DNA of 64,000 bases, taken from contig CAZVXT010000001.1 of NCBI GenBank assembly GCA_964631145.1, positions 393,237-457,236 of the forward strand, in the 5' to 3' direction. The notes under the pieces are model-generated. The model was not told the DNA's origin. It was given only the letters and a program-made list of their open reading frames with translations, and did no database searches. Every line of letters starts with the position of its first letter. The first letter of the stretch is position 1. This stretch comes from an uncultured Candidatus Saccharibacteria bacterium (lineage in GTDB: Bacteria; Patescibacteriota; Doudnabacteria; UBA920). This document shows, piece by piece, positions 37,376 to 47,788 of this stretch. The translations under genes were made by a program, and so were the position numbers.

Positions 37376-37413
37376 TAAGCGTAAAAGATATTATTTCTTT
37401 TGCGCTTTTTTTA
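37376..37413 (+). terminator. rho-independent terminator
   Basis: aagcgtaaaag...cttttgcgctt followed by ttttttt. Confidence 0.55.
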
Positions 37414-37599
37414 TCCTATCAACAATTCATATTATAAATGGGCAAACTATATACAACACACCAATTTATCAAATAAAATATTATATGACATTTGTGTTCC
37501 GGATAATTCGGCTTTCATAATATCGAGGATTTTTTATAACCCTCGATTATTTCTGGTATAATGATTAAAAGGTTTATCTTAAATTACTAATATTTTACG

Positions 37600-38322
37600 A
37601 TGAAAAAACTGTCCGTAATTATCCCTGCTTATAACGAAGAAAAGCGTATTGCAGAGACATTAACCAATATTGATCAATATTTAGAAAAGCAAGCCTATGA
37701 CTACCAAATTGTAGTTGTGGTTAATAATAGTCATGATAAAACTTATGATGTAGTTAAGGAGTTGGAAGGCACTACTATCCAAAAAGCAACTGCTATGAAT
37801 CTTGTAGAGGGCGGGAAAGGTAATGCTGTAAAAAGAGGTATATTAGAAGCGGCAGATGGAGATGTTGTAATGTTTATGGATGCTGATAATGCTACTCCAA
37901 TATCAGAAATTGAAAAGTTTTTACCATATTTTGACCAAGGCTATGATGTAGTAATTGGATCTCGTTACACTAATCCGGAATTGGTTAAAGTACACCAGCC
38001 AATGTATCGAATTGTATTATCAAGATTAAGTAATTTATTGATACAATTTTTAGCAGTTCCTGGAATCAAAGATACTCAGCTTGGATTTAAAGCATTTACC
38101 AAAGAAGCAGCTCAAAAGATATTCCCTATGGTTACAGTTCTTCGTTGGGGATTTGATATGGAAGTTTTAACTATTGCTCTAGCTAGAGGTTATAAGGTAA
38201 AAGAAGTAGGTGTGTCTTGGACAGAACATGGCGGCGGGCATGTTCCATTAAAAGCTTACATAGAATCATTAATTGATTTATTAAAAATCAAATTTAGATC
38301 TATAACAGGTAAATATAAATAA
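37600..38322 (+). CDS. GT2 polyprenol-phosphate glycosyltransferase (DPM1/GtrB-like)
   Basis: LSVIIPAYNEEKRI and VVMFMDADNAT (DAD motif), the typical DPM-synthase-like core. Confidence 0.8.
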   Translation: MKKLSVIIPAYNEEKRIAETLTNIDQYLEKQAYDYQIVVVVNNSHDKTYDVVKELEGTTIQKATAMNLVEGGKGNAVKRGILEAADGDVVMFMDADNATPISEIEKFLPYFDQGYDVVIGSRYTNPELVKVHQPMYRIVLSRLSNLLIQFLAVPGIKDTQLGFKAFTKEAAQKIFPMVTVLRWGFDMEVLTIALARGYKVKEVGVSWTEHGGGHVPLKAYIESLIDLLKIKFRSITGKYK

Positions 38323-38329
38323 ATTTTTA

Positions 38330-40177
38330 ATGATCTTATTTAAGAGAAAAATCGTATCAATCATGCTCGTCACAGTGATGCTGACGGTTTTTTTCTCTAT
38401 ACAGAATGTAAATTTTGCTAAAGCATCAGAAACAAATGAATATATTGTACGTTTAAATATAGGGGAGAGTGCTGATGTTTTATCTAGTTTTCAGGCAGAG
38501 CAATTATTTAAATTTAATCAAAAATCTAAATTATTTGCTGGCGTTTATAAAATCACAACCACACTAGATATTAGTAGCGTCAGGACTATGTTGGCAGGCA
38601 AATATCAAAGCATTCAGCCAAACATCGATTATCAAACATCTGCAATTACAGTTACACAGCTTCCTAATGATCCGGGTTTTACAACTTCATCTACTAACAC
38701 CAATAAACAATGGGGCTTGGTAGCTTCTAATTTTGTTGACGCATGGACAACTTCCACAGGTGATTCTAAAGTTATTGTTGCAGTAATTGATTCGGGGATT
38801 GATTCTACTCATGAAGATTTGATACGTTCTCGTTTTATCGCTGGGTATGATTTTATTAACAATAAAGTTATTGCCCAAAAAGATAATTCTGATGATAATG
38901 GACATGGTACTCTAGTTGCTGGTATTATCGCTGCGACTACTAATAATAGTATTGGTATTGCTGGTGCGGCTCCACAAACATCATTGATGTCTATTAAAGC
39001 TTTAGATAAATCAGGGGTTGGGACTTCTGCAGACATTGCAGAAGCAATAGTGTGGGCAGCAGATAAAGGCGCTAATATTATCAATTTGTCACTTGGTGGC
39101 GTAGGTTTTGCTCATGATAACGTGCTTTCTCAGGCTATTAGTTATGCTTTTGATAAAGATGTTGTGATTGTTGCAGCTGCGGGCAATGATGTGGCTACTA
39201 CTGGAGGTAATTTAGATTTACAACCAGTGTTTCCTATATGTAACGACAATGGTCAAAATATGATCATTGGAGTTACCGCTTTAGATGAAAATAATGTTAA
39301 GCCAAACTTTGCTAATTTTGGTAAAGCTTGTGTCGATGTTGCAGCGCCTGGTAAAAGGATTATGTCTACCATTAACCATGATCCAATAACAGATGTTTAT
39401 GACCCAGATCAGTATGCATATGCTTCTGGAACTTCGCTTGCAGCACCTTTTGTTAGTGCTCAGGCGGCATTGCTAAAAGCCGCGTTTCCACAAGCTAATA
39501 ATAGACAGATTCGAAATCGTATTTTAGCAACAGCAAAGCAGATTGATACTTTGTCTAATAATTGTAGTGGAGGTAGTTGTAGCGGTTATTTGGGTTCAGG
39601 GCTTATAGATGTAGCAAAAAGCTTGAAGGACGTAATTCCTTCCATTGGTGATGGGGACGTTGTAAAAATTTATGGCACCGATACTTGGTACTTAATAAAT
39701 GGTGGAAAGAAACAGTTAATTTCTCCTTTTGTTAGACAACAGCTATACAGCAATGTTCAACCAAAAGTAGTCTTGCTCGATGACTTAACTAAATTTTCTG
39801 AAGGATCTTTTGCTTTACCGAAAAATGGAACTCTTGTAAAAAGCGATAAGGATGCAACGGTATATTATATCGACCAAGGTTTTAAGTTGCCGGTATCTTA
39901 CCAGGTGTTTTTGCTTCGCGGATTTAAATTTACAGATGTAATAACATTGTCGTCAACAGAAGTAAATTCTTGGGTAACTTCTAGTTTTTTAACACCGCCA
40001 GAAGGAAGCTTAATTAGAACACCCAATAATCCGACAGTATATTGGGTGGTTAATCAAAGCTTGCATGCCATTAACTATCAATTTTATATAGCTCGAGGGT
40101 TGCAAATTTTTCCTGTAATTTATACATCCCCAACAGATTTATCTCGCTTTAACAAAGGGGAAAGTTATATTTTGTAA
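38330..40177 (+). CDS. subtilisin-like serine protease (peptidase S8) with three C-terminal repeats of about 60 aa
   Basis: Catalytic Asp (VAVIDSGID), His (HGTLVAGIIAA) and Ser (GTSLAAPFVSAQAALL). A signal/TM segment at the N-terminus. C-terminal repeats of the form xGTLVKSDKDATVYYIDQGFKLPVSYQVFLLRGFK. Confidence 0.85.
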   Translation: MILFKRKIVSIMLVTVMLTVFFSIQNVNFAKASETNEYIVRLNIGESADVLSSFQAEQLFKFNQKSKLFAGVYKITTTLDISSVRTMLAGKYQSIQPNIDYQTSAITVTQLPNDPGFTTSSTNTNKQWGLVASNFVDAWTTSTGDSKVIVAVIDSGIDSTHEDLIRSRFIAGYDFINNKVIAQKDNSDDNGHGTLVAGIIAATTNNSIGIAGAAPQTSLMSIKALDKSGVGTSADIAEAIVWAADKGANIINLSLGGVGFAHDNVLSQAISYAFDKDVVIVAAAGNDVATTGGNLDLQPVFPICNDNGQNMIIGVTALDENNVKPNFANFGKACVDVAAPGKRIMSTINHDPITDVYDPDQYAYASGTSLAAPFVSAQAALLKAAFPQANNRQIRNRILATAKQIDTLSNNCSGGSCSGYLGSGLIDVAKSLKDVIPSIGDGDVVKIYGTDTWYLINGGKKQLISPFVRQQLYSNVQPKVVLLDDLTKFSEGSFALPKNGTLVKSDKDATVYYIDQGFKLPVSYQVFLLRGFKFTDVITLSSTEVNSWVTSSFLTPPEGSLIRTPNNPTVYWVVNQSLHAINYQFYIARGLQIFPVIYTSPTDLSRFNKGESYIL

Positions 40178-40218
40178 TAATTTAGTAACCCGATTCTTCT
40201 TAACTAATAATTAAGTAT

Positions 40219-42069
40219 TTGCTTATGCGTAAATTTTCTTTATTTTTTATTTTAATATTACTGTTTAGTTTGGCTGGTATTTTTGCACAAACTACACACG
40301 CACAATTGGATGTTGTACCGGGATTTGACCCAAACAAATTAATTGAAGACAAGGTTTTTGTGGATTCTAAAACATTTGGTGGAGCTCCAGGAATTCAGAA
40401 ATTTTTAGAAAGCAAAAATAGTATTTTGGCTAATACTAGTCCTGATTTCTTGATCAAGCTTAAAGAGCCTAGTAATAACATGCTTAAGCAAGGATTGAAT
40501 GATGGTCAGCCAAATTTGGGGCGCAATAGAACCGCTGCAGAATTGATTTGGGATGCTGCTCAAACAGCAGGTATTAACCCTCAGGTGATTATTGTGATGT
40601 TGGAAAAAGAGCAATCTTTAATTACTGGTAGGCAAACAGCAACACCTGATCAAATACAGAGAGCTTTAGATTTTTCTTTAGGTTTTGGTTGTCCAGATAG
40701 TTCTCCTTGCTCCGATCTTTACCGAGGCTTCTATTATCAACTATTTGGTAATTTTGACGGAGAAAATAACAAGTTTGCTGGAGCAGTTGGATCTTTAATG
40801 AAGTCTTATAATACTGCCGGAGGACGAGGTCCATTTTATAATGGACAAATATCTAAAGTAGGAGATACTATAGTATTAGGAAATACTTTAGGAGGGTTTA
40901 ACGGTGTTCAGCCTCAACAAACTATAACAATAGCAAATTTGGCAACCGCGGCTCTTTATCGTTATACTCCACATGTATTTAATGGAAATTATAATTTTTG
41001 GCGTTTGATGAACTCGTGGTTTAAGTACCCAAACGGTACTCTTATTAGAGCTTCAGGGTCTAGCCAAGTTTGGATGGTGGATGCTGGCGGTAAATTGATG
41101 CTTAATGATTTTGTAATTAGGGTTAGAAATTTAAACGTAGGTGCTGCGGTGGATTTAACTGCTACAGAGTTTGATAATTACCCCGATATGGGGGCGTTGG
41201 GTTTGGCAGATAATACATTGGCGGTTTCAAACGGCAAATATTATCTATTTAAAAACAATAAAAAATTACCTGTTTCTGAATATGTCTTAAAGCAACGTGG
41301 TTTTAATCCACAGACTGCTGTAAATTCTAATGATGTAGAGTTAGGTGCTTATGTAACAGGAGATCAACTTACTCCTGCAGACGGCAGTGTTTTGCGCGGA
41401 CAAACAGATTTAACAGTTTACTTTGTTGAAAATAATGTACTGCGAACTGTTTCTGCATTAGTATTCAATCAACGAGCATTTGCAAAGAAGTTACAGATTA
41501 TTCCTGATGCAGAAATTGCTAGTTATACAAAAGCTGGTTATGTATTGCCAAATCAAGGAACTTTGGTTAAGTCTAATAAAGACCAAACAGTTTATATAGT
41601 TGATAATTCTAGTAAGCGTCCTATGACTGGAACTGTTTTTCAGACTTATGGATTTAAATATTCTCAGATCAATTTAATTAGCGATCAAGAACTTGATGCA
41701 ATCCCAATGGGTGCATTAGCTGCACCAAAAGAAGATACTTATTATCAAACTGCAGGAACTAAATCTTTTTTCTTGTATAAAAATGGTAGTAAACATTATA
41801 TAGCTCCATTTGTAGCAAAGCAAAAGAAAATGACTCCAGATCACACTGTGCCAGAAGCTGATAGTGATGCATGGCAAGCTGGAGATCCAATTTTGCCAAG
41901 AGATGGCACCTTATTTAAAGGCAGTTCTAGTCCGGCTGTTTGTTTGATAGAGAAAGGTAAGCTGCTGGCTTTGTCAGGAAGTGATTTTACAGCTCGTAAA
42001 CTAAGCTTTAAAAATATTTCTATAGTTCCTCAGGCAGAACTTGATAAATTATTATCTTACATAAAATAA
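40219..42069 (+). CDS. secreted protein with about six copies of the same ~60-aa repeat, downstream of an unknown N-terminal domain
   Basis: Signal peptide. Repeats such as PNQGTLVKSNKDQTVYIVDNSSKRPMTGTVFQTYGFKYSQI are homologous to the C-terminal repeats of the adjacent S8 protease. Confidence 0.55.
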   Translation: MLMRKFSLFFILILLFSLAGIFAQTTHAQLDVVPGFDPNKLIEDKVFVDSKTFGGAPGIQKFLESKNSILANTSPDFLIKLKEPSNNMLKQGLNDGQPNLGRNRTAAELIWDAAQTAGINPQVIIVMLEKEQSLITGRQTATPDQIQRALDFSLGFGCPDSSPCSDLYRGFYYQLFGNFDGENNKFAGAVGSLMKSYNTAGGRGPFYNGQISKVGDTIVLGNTLGGFNGVQPQQTITIANLATAALYRYTPHVFNGNYNFWRLMNSWFKYPNGTLIRASGSSQVWMVDAGGKLMLNDFVIRVRNLNVGAAVDLTATEFDNYPDMGALGLADNTLAVSNGKYYLFKNNKKLPVSEYVLKQRGFNPQTAVNSNDVELGAYVTGDQLTPADGSVLRGQTDLTVYFVENNVLRTVSALVFNQRAFAKKLQIIPDAEIASYTKAGYVLPNQGTLVKSNKDQTVYIVDNSSKRPMTGTVFQTYGFKYSQINLISDQELDAIPMGALAAPKEDTYYQTAGTKSFFLYKNGSKHYIAPFVAKQKKMTPDHTVPEADSDAWQAGDPILPRDGTLFKGSSSPAVCLIEKGKLLALSGSDFTARKLSFKNISIVPQAELDKLLSYIK

Positions 42070-42232
42070 TAAACACTTAACTACTTTAGTAGTTGCATAA
42101 AAAATCAGTATCGTACTCTTTGTAAACTTAAACTCATTAATTTAGAGTTTAAAGAATAGTTTAAAAGAACATGGTACTGATTTTAAATTTTACTGTTATT
42201 TTATTTAGCTTGATAAATGAAAATGCTGTGTG

Positions 42233-43588
42233 TTATTTAATTAGATTTGTAGACTGGCTTGCTGTCTGAACCAGAGATACTGGAAGTAAGGCTCTAATCT
42301 TTTTTACATATGCCATGGTTTCGCCGCGGAGGTTGGCATTTTTGTAAGTTTCAATTTGTGACTGCAATTGGTTAACAGAAGCGTTTACAATATCTAGTTG
42401 TATTTGTAAATTAGCTTTATCTGCAGCTGCGGCTTTTTTTAGACTAGCTTTTATAGCTACAATATTTTTATTTAGTTCATTAATTTGATTTTGGATATCT
42501 GTGATGCGAAACGAATTATCTTCTGACCAGTTAACGCCAAAATTATTAATTGCTCTAATAACTCGACTGGTACCACCATTATATGCGGCTACGCCGTACT
42601 CAAAAGATAGGTTTGGATCTATGTTTGTTCCAACTTGATTTTTAATTACTGCGATATAGTCATCTAATAGTAAGTAGGTCGCGATGACCGCATTTTTATG
42701 GTCTGCCATCCCTTGAACAAAATCGCTTATCAACCCTACATCTTTATGTCTTGTTACTAAAGTGGCATAAGTCGATGGTATAAATTGAGATAATCCGCTA
42801 GCCGCCGCAGCGCTTATGCTATATTTGTATGTATCTGCTTTGTTTCCTGCAAACAGAACATTAACTTTATCCTTTGCAGACGATGCATTGTTGTTTAGAA
42901 CCTCAGCACTTTCTGTATGCTCAGAATATAGTAAAGCTTTTACTACATCAGAAGAAATAGCCCCGGAAACTGGAACTCCTGGTTGGCTTGCTGATGGGAT
43001 GTTTTGCAAAACATTTTTTGCATCGTTGATCACAGAATCAAGATACTGCTCTCCATATTTTGTAGTTTCTAGAGTATTTAGTTTGGATGAATAGGGGACG
43101 TATATAGCTTCTTTCATTTGGCTAGTTATTGCATCTTTGCTTCCTGATTCTGGACCGGTAATTAGGTATTTTAATGCTACTACAAATCCTCCTGCAGGCT
43201 TGTTTACTTCAAATAAAGAATTAACTCCGTTAAACCTTACTAATTTGATGTCAAAAGATTTATCTGGAAATGTAAATTTTTTATCTACCTGGATAGCTTT
43301 GGTTATTACAGTGTTTTGAGTTTGTGGATTATATATTGCAACCGCTAGCTCTTTAGAGTTAAGTTTGTATCCTGTTAGGGTTTTGGTCGTTTTTTTGGAC
43401 TTTCCTTTCCCTGTAGTTTTATTGGTGTATTGCGGTGATAAGTCGTAATTAAGCTTTATGCTATTTAGCAAGATTTTACCCTGGTCAATAGTATCTATTA
43501 TGCTCAGCTGTGGTGCGCTTTGTGCACTTGCTCTTGAAACATTAATTAAAAATAATATAAAAACAATAAAAATAGTATATTTACGCAT
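42233..43588 (-). CDS. secreted lytic-transglycosylase (SLT)-like domain protein with a C-terminal coiled coil
   Basis: Signal peptide. An SLT-like core AAAASGLSQFIPSTYATL...AYNGG. The position of the canonical catalytic Glu reads Ser, so activity is uncertain. Confidence 0.5.
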   Translation of the reverse strand: MRKYTIFIVFILFLINVSRASAQSAPQLSIIDTIDQGKILLNSIKLNYDLSPQYTNKTTGKGKSKKTTKTLTGYKLNSKELAVAIYNPQTQNTVITKAIQVDKKFTFPDKSFDIKLVRFNGVNSLFEVNKPAGGFVVALKYLITGPESGSKDAITSQMKEAIYVPYSSKLNTLETTKYGEQYLDSVINDAKNVLQNIPSASQPGVPVSGAISSDVVKALLYSEHTESAEVLNNNASSAKDKVNVLFAGNKADTYKYSISAAAASGLSQFIPSTYATLVTRHKDVGLISDFVQGMADHKNAVIATYLLLDDYIAVIKNQVGTNIDPNLSFEYGVAAYNGGTSRVIRAINNFGVNWSEDNSFRITDIQNQINELNKNIVAIKASLKKAAAADKANLQIQLDIVNASVNQLQSQIETYKNANLRGETMAYVKKIRALLPVSLVQTASQSTNLIK

Positions 43589-43624
43589 ATATTAATTATA
43601 CCATTATTCAGTTATACTTATATT

Positions 43625-45070
43625 ATGTCCACTCCATCAAAAAACATATTTTGGCTTTCAGCTTCAAGAGTTGTTTCTTTAGTATTATTATTTATTGCTT
43701 ATACTCAACTTTTTCGTTATTTAGGAACTTACCAGTTTGGACAGTTTCAGTTTGTCCTATCTTACGTAACTTTGTTTGGCGTTGTGATTGATTTTGGCAT
43801 TCAGCAGTATGTGATAAAGAAAATTAGTGAAGATAGGTCTCAAGCAAAAACATATTTCCATCACTTTTTTGCAGTAGAAGTATTTTTATCTATATTTATA
43901 TATTTGTCGATGGTTTTGGTTGCTTATTTTGCTAATTACGACACTTTGGTAATAAAGGCAATAGCTCTGGCTGGATTTGGCGCGGCCATAAATGGATTAA
44001 CTTATCCATTTTTGGCTGTTATTACAGCTTTTTATGATTTGAAGAAAGCCGCTTTATTAAATTTAATTTCATCTGTCATTAATGTGGCAATGATATTTGT
44101 AACTATTTATACAGGACATGGGATTTTGTTATTGGTGTCCCAGCAGTTTATGTATGCATGTGTGGCATTAATTTTATATTATCAATTCGTTCAAAAATTT
44201 ATAGGACACCCACAGTTATTTAAGGGAATGAGATCAATAGATTTATCTTGGGTAAAAACTATGTTTATCTCTGCTTTCCCTTTTGCGGTATTGGTAGGAT
44301 TTAGCACAGTTTATAACCGCATTGATATGGTGTTGATAGGAAAGATTTTGGGTTATGCTCAAACTGGAATTTATTCGGCAGCGTATAAATTGTTTGATTT
44401 AACATCTTTTTTTCCAGCCGTAGTATCTCATTCTTTATACCCATTATTTGCTAGTTTGATGATTGAGAATAAAATTGTAGAAGTGCGGGCAATTTTAGAA
44501 AAGTATTTGCGTTTTATGATAGCGATAGCGTTGCCTATGGCTACGGGAGGTATGGTTTTGGCTACACCTATTATCAAGTTAGTGGCAGGGCAGGATTTTA
44601 TTGCCGCTGCGCCAGTTTTACAGATATTGATTTGGGCTCCCGCAGTGTTATTTATTTATATTATATTCAACGCCTTAGTAATTTCTCAATTAACTAAATA
44701 TGCCATGGTTATTACTGGAGTCAATGTTTTGGTTAATCTATTGGGAAATCTTATTTTACTTCCAAGAGTGGGGATTGCGGGAGCAGCGATCATGACAGTG
44801 GTATCAGAATTTTTACAAGGGTTGTTTTATTTTTACTTTGTAAGAACTCGAATAACTAATTTTTCATTTTTCAAATATACATGGCAACCTTTTTTGGCAT
44901 CGGCTGTTATGGGTGCTGTGCTATTGATGATAAATCTTCCTTTAATGGTTGAGATTGTTTTGGGAGGATTGGTGTATGCTTTGGCTTTATTAATTTTAGG
45001 TTTTTATAAATCAGAAGATATTGCATTTATAAAGCAAATGTTAGGACGTAATGCGCAAACGACAATCTAA
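43625..45070 (+). CDS. polysaccharide biosynthesis flippase (Wzx/MOP superfamily)
   Basis: About 14 TM helices arranged as two 7-TM halves, typical of the oligosaccharide-flippase family. Confidence 0.7.
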   Translation: MSTPSKNIFWLSASRVVSLVLLFIAYTQLFRYLGTYQFGQFQFVLSYVTLFGVVIDFGIQQYVIKKISEDRSQAKTYFHHFFAVEVFLSIFIYLSMVLVAYFANYDTLVIKAIALAGFGAAINGLTYPFLAVITAFYDLKKAALLNLISSVINVAMIFVTIYTGHGILLLVSQQFMYACVALILYYQFVQKFIGHPQLFKGMRSIDLSWVKTMFISAFPFAVLVGFSTVYNRIDMVLIGKILGYAQTGIYSAAYKLFDLTSFFPAVVSHSLYPLFASLMIENKIVEVRAILEKYLRFMIAIALPMATGGMVLATPIIKLVAGQDFIAAAPVLQILIWAPAVLFIYIIFNALVISQLTKYAMVITGVNVLVNLLGNLILLPRVGIAGAAIMTVVSEFLQGLFYFYFVRTRITNFSFFKYTWQPFLASAVMGAVLLMINLPLMVEIVLGGLVYALALLILGFYKSEDIAFIKQMLGRNAQTTI

Positions 45071-45494
45071 ACAAAAAACTGTGATGGTTTTTGGAACCTT
45101 TGATTTAATACACCCTGGCCACGAAAACTTGTTTTTACAAGCTAAACAATTATTTGATGAGGTTATTCTTGTGGTATCTGTAGCCAGAGATAAAAACGTA
45201 TTAAAAATTAAAGGAAGGCTTCCAGATAACTCAGAAAAAGTTAGACAAAATCAATTAAAAAATTTAGATATCATAGATAAAGTGATTTTGGGTGCTCTTA
45301 GAGATTATATAAAGCCAATAGTTAAAATTGCTCCAGATGTTATTGCCTTAGGTTATGATCAAATTGCTTATACAGAAAATTTAGAAAAAGATCTGAAATT
45401 ACATGGCTTAAAAACACGCATTATTCGTTTAAAATCTTATAAACCGAGTAAATACAAAACATCTTTATTAAAACAAAAGAAGCTTTCAAAATAG
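45051..45494 (+). CDS. cytidylyltransferase-family nucleotidyltransferase (HxGH; TagD/RfaE-domain-II-like)
   Basis: GTFDLIHPGH nucleotide-binding motif. The alternative start ATG at 45084 would remove the overlap with the upstream gene. Confidence 0.65.
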   Translation: MRKRQSKQKTVMVFGTFDLIHPGHENLFLQAKQLFDEVILVVSVARDKNVLKIKGRLPDNSEKVRQNQLKNLDIIDKVILGALRDYIKPIVKIAPDVIALGYDQIAYTENLEKDLKLHGLKTRIIRLKSYKPSKYKTSLLKQKKLSK

Positions 45495-45569
45495 AGTTAA
45501 ATTTTTTGTTACCTTTTTAGTTTTTTACCGTAGTATAAACAGATATACTAGGTGGTAAAATAATAATAT

Positions 45570-46106
45570 ATGTCAGACGAACAAATTGTTGCAAAAATTC
45601 AATCAGGATCTGTCGAATCTTATGCGTTACTTTATGATAGATACTTTGATAAGATTTATAAGTTTATATACTTCCGTACTCATCATATGCAAAATGCCGA
45701 GGATTTAGTCGGGCAAACTTTTTTAAAAGGTTATGAAAAACTTTTATCTTTTGACTCAAGTAAAGGTAGCTTCTCGAGCTGGATTTACAAAATCGCTTAC
45801 AATAATTTAGTCGATTTTTGGAGGCTTTCAAAAAATAAAACCGAAGTAGACTTATTGTGGGCAGAGCATGTTTCAGACTCTACAGATATTGAAGAAGGCG
45901 TGGATCTATTAATATTAAGCGAAAATGTGAAAAAAATTATAGAAAATTTGCCGGATATAGAAAAGAGATTATTAACAATGAGGGTATGGGATGAGTTACC
46001 TTATAGCGAAATTTCCGTAATACTAAATAAGAGCGAGGCGGCATTAAAAATGCAATTTTCACGCATCATTGCAAAGCTTCGCTCCAGTATAATCATTAAA
46101 ACCTAA
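45570..46106 (+). CDS. RNA polymerase ECF-type sigma factor
   Basis: Region 2 (YDRYFDKIYKFIYFRT...DLVGQTF...WIYKIAYN) and region 4 (LPDIEKRLLTMRVWDELPYSEIS). Confidence 0.85.
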   Translation: MSDEQIVAKIQSGSVESYALLYDRYFDKIYKFIYFRTHHMQNAEDLVGQTFLKGYEKLLSFDSSKGSFSSWIYKIAYNNLVDFWRLSKNKTEVDLLWAEHVSDSTDIEEGVDLLILSENVKKIIENLPDIEKRLLTMRVWDELPYSEISVILNKSEAALKMQFSRIIAKLRSSIIIKT

Positions 46107-46114
46107 TCAATTAT

Positions 46115-47689
46115 ATGAAAAATCCTAATAAAATTTTGCCTACCGATGATCAGGTTGAGCAAATGATTGTTAAGAAACTACAAAACACTGCTCCTAAAGT
46201 AGAATTGCGCAAAGGGTTTAAGGAGCAGCTTAGAGCTAAACTATTAGACCTGTCACCTTTAACAAAAAAACATCCTTTTAATTTTATTAATTATTTTACT
46301 TCAATGAATAAATTTGTTTTGGTACCACTTCTAGTGGTTATAGTGTTGGCAGCTGCAGGCTCTGGATACTGGTTTGCTGTGCGCAATCCTGTTACTCCGG
46401 TGCAGCTGATGAGTAATCTAACTAAGGCTGACTATGCAGTAGCTAGCGTTGGTGATAACTCTTTTGGTTCTCTTAAACAACTTGCGTCTACCAACGTTAG
46501 CGATGCTAATAAAGATGCAGTTGGACAAAAAGAATCTATAAATTATCAGGTAGCTGCTAATACTACTGGTATGGGTGGGGCAGCGGGGATTGCTGCTGAT
46601 ATCGCACCGCCTGGAACAGGTATATATATCCCAGAGTATTATTCATTTGAATATGTTGGTGAGGATATTACAGATTTATTAGCAAAAGATCAACCGGTTT
46701 ATAAAAGAACAAAACAGGATTTATCTAGTAATTATTTAGATCAAATTCTTAGAAATTTTTCTTTTGGGTTAATAGATTTATCTAAGTTAGATGGAGCAAA
46801 ATTGCAAAATTATTCTTTGATCCAGGATCAAGAATATGGATTTTCTTCTTATGTCGATTTGGTAGAACAAACAGTCAGTATAAATCAAAATTGGGAAAAA
46901 TGGCCAAATCCCTATGCTTGTAACGCTGTGCCACCAATTGCTAGCGGTGAGTTTGTTTCTACTACCCCAGCTTGTAATCCTCCAGCACCTTTGGAGTTAA
47001 AAGATATGCCCGAAGATCAAGTTGTTGTGGATGCAGCAAAGGAGTTTTTAAATCGATTTGATGTATCTTTATCTGGGTATGGCGAACCAGTGGTGGATAA
47101 TAATTGGAGGGTTCAGTACGATAATCTAAAATCTAATAAAACTTCTTATGCATACATACCAGAAGTTTTGGACATAGTTTTTCCTTATAACATTGAAGGC
47201 AAGTCTGTCTATGAAGAATATGGCAATATGGCAGGGCTTCATGTAAATTATAGTATTCGAGATAACAAAGTTACTGGTTTTTATGATTTGCGCTCTAGAC
47301 AATATCAACAATCTAAGTATGCTGGTGTAACCGATGCAAATAAAGTGCAACAAATTGCTGAACGCGGTGGGTTTAGAAATTATAATGACTATAATCTTGG
47401 TGATGGTGCCAAAAAAACTATCTTAAAATTACAAACTCCAACAGTACAAATTATGCGTTTTTGGAAGTACGAAAACAATACTAATACAGAATTATTTGTC
47501 CCTGCCTTAGTTTATCCTATAGAAAATAGAGGAAATTACTGGCGTAGTAATGTAATTGTTCCTTTGGTAAACGATGTGTTAGATGGCGAAAACTATCAAG
47601 GAGGTCCTGTACCGTTAAGTGCTGGCGCTGCAAGTGAATCTCCAAAAGTTGTATTGCCTGGATCTTCAGATACCGTAGAGCCAAATTAA
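46115..47689 (+). CDS. putative anti-sigma-factor-like membrane protein (single TM, large extracytoplasmic domain)
   Basis: Immediately downstream of the ECF sigma gene. A cytoplasmic N-terminus of about 65 aa, then the TM VLVPLLVVIVLAAAGSGYWFAV. The call rests only on synteny and topology. Confidence 0.35.
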   Translation: MKNPNKILPTDDQVEQMIVKKLQNTAPKVELRKGFKEQLRAKLLDLSPLTKKHPFNFINYFTSMNKFVLVPLLVVIVLAAAGSGYWFAVRNPVTPVQLMSNLTKADYAVASVGDNSFGSLKQLASTNVSDANKDAVGQKESINYQVAANTTGMGGAAGIAADIAPPGTGIYIPEYYSFEYVGEDITDLLAKDQPVYKRTKQDLSSNYLDQILRNFSFGLIDLSKLDGAKLQNYSLIQDQEYGFSSYVDLVEQTVSINQNWEKWPNPYACNAVPPIASGEFVSTTPACNPPAPLELKDMPEDQVVVDAAKEFLNRFDVSLSGYGEPVVDNNWRVQYDNLKSNKTSYAYIPEVLDIVFPYNIEGKSVYEEYGNMAGLHVNYSIRDNKVTGFYDLRSRQYQQSKYAGVTDANKVQQIAERGGFRNYNDYNLGDGAKKTILKLQTPTVQIMRFWKYENNTNTELFVPALVYPIENRGNYWRSNVIVPLVNDVLDGENYQGGPVPLSAGAASESPKVVLPGSSDTVEPN

Positions 47690-47704
47690 TTTATATAATA
47701 AGAA

Positions 47705-47741
47705 GCTAATTTTAGCTTCTTATTATATTTGCAAAATATTT
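47705..47741 (+). terminator. possible rho-independent terminator
   Basis: ataagaagcta-attt-tagcttcttat followed by a T-rich tract. Confidence 0.4.
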
Positions 47742-47788
47742 TTGCCTGACTGTTATAATATAAACACATTTATTTAATTAATTTATAC

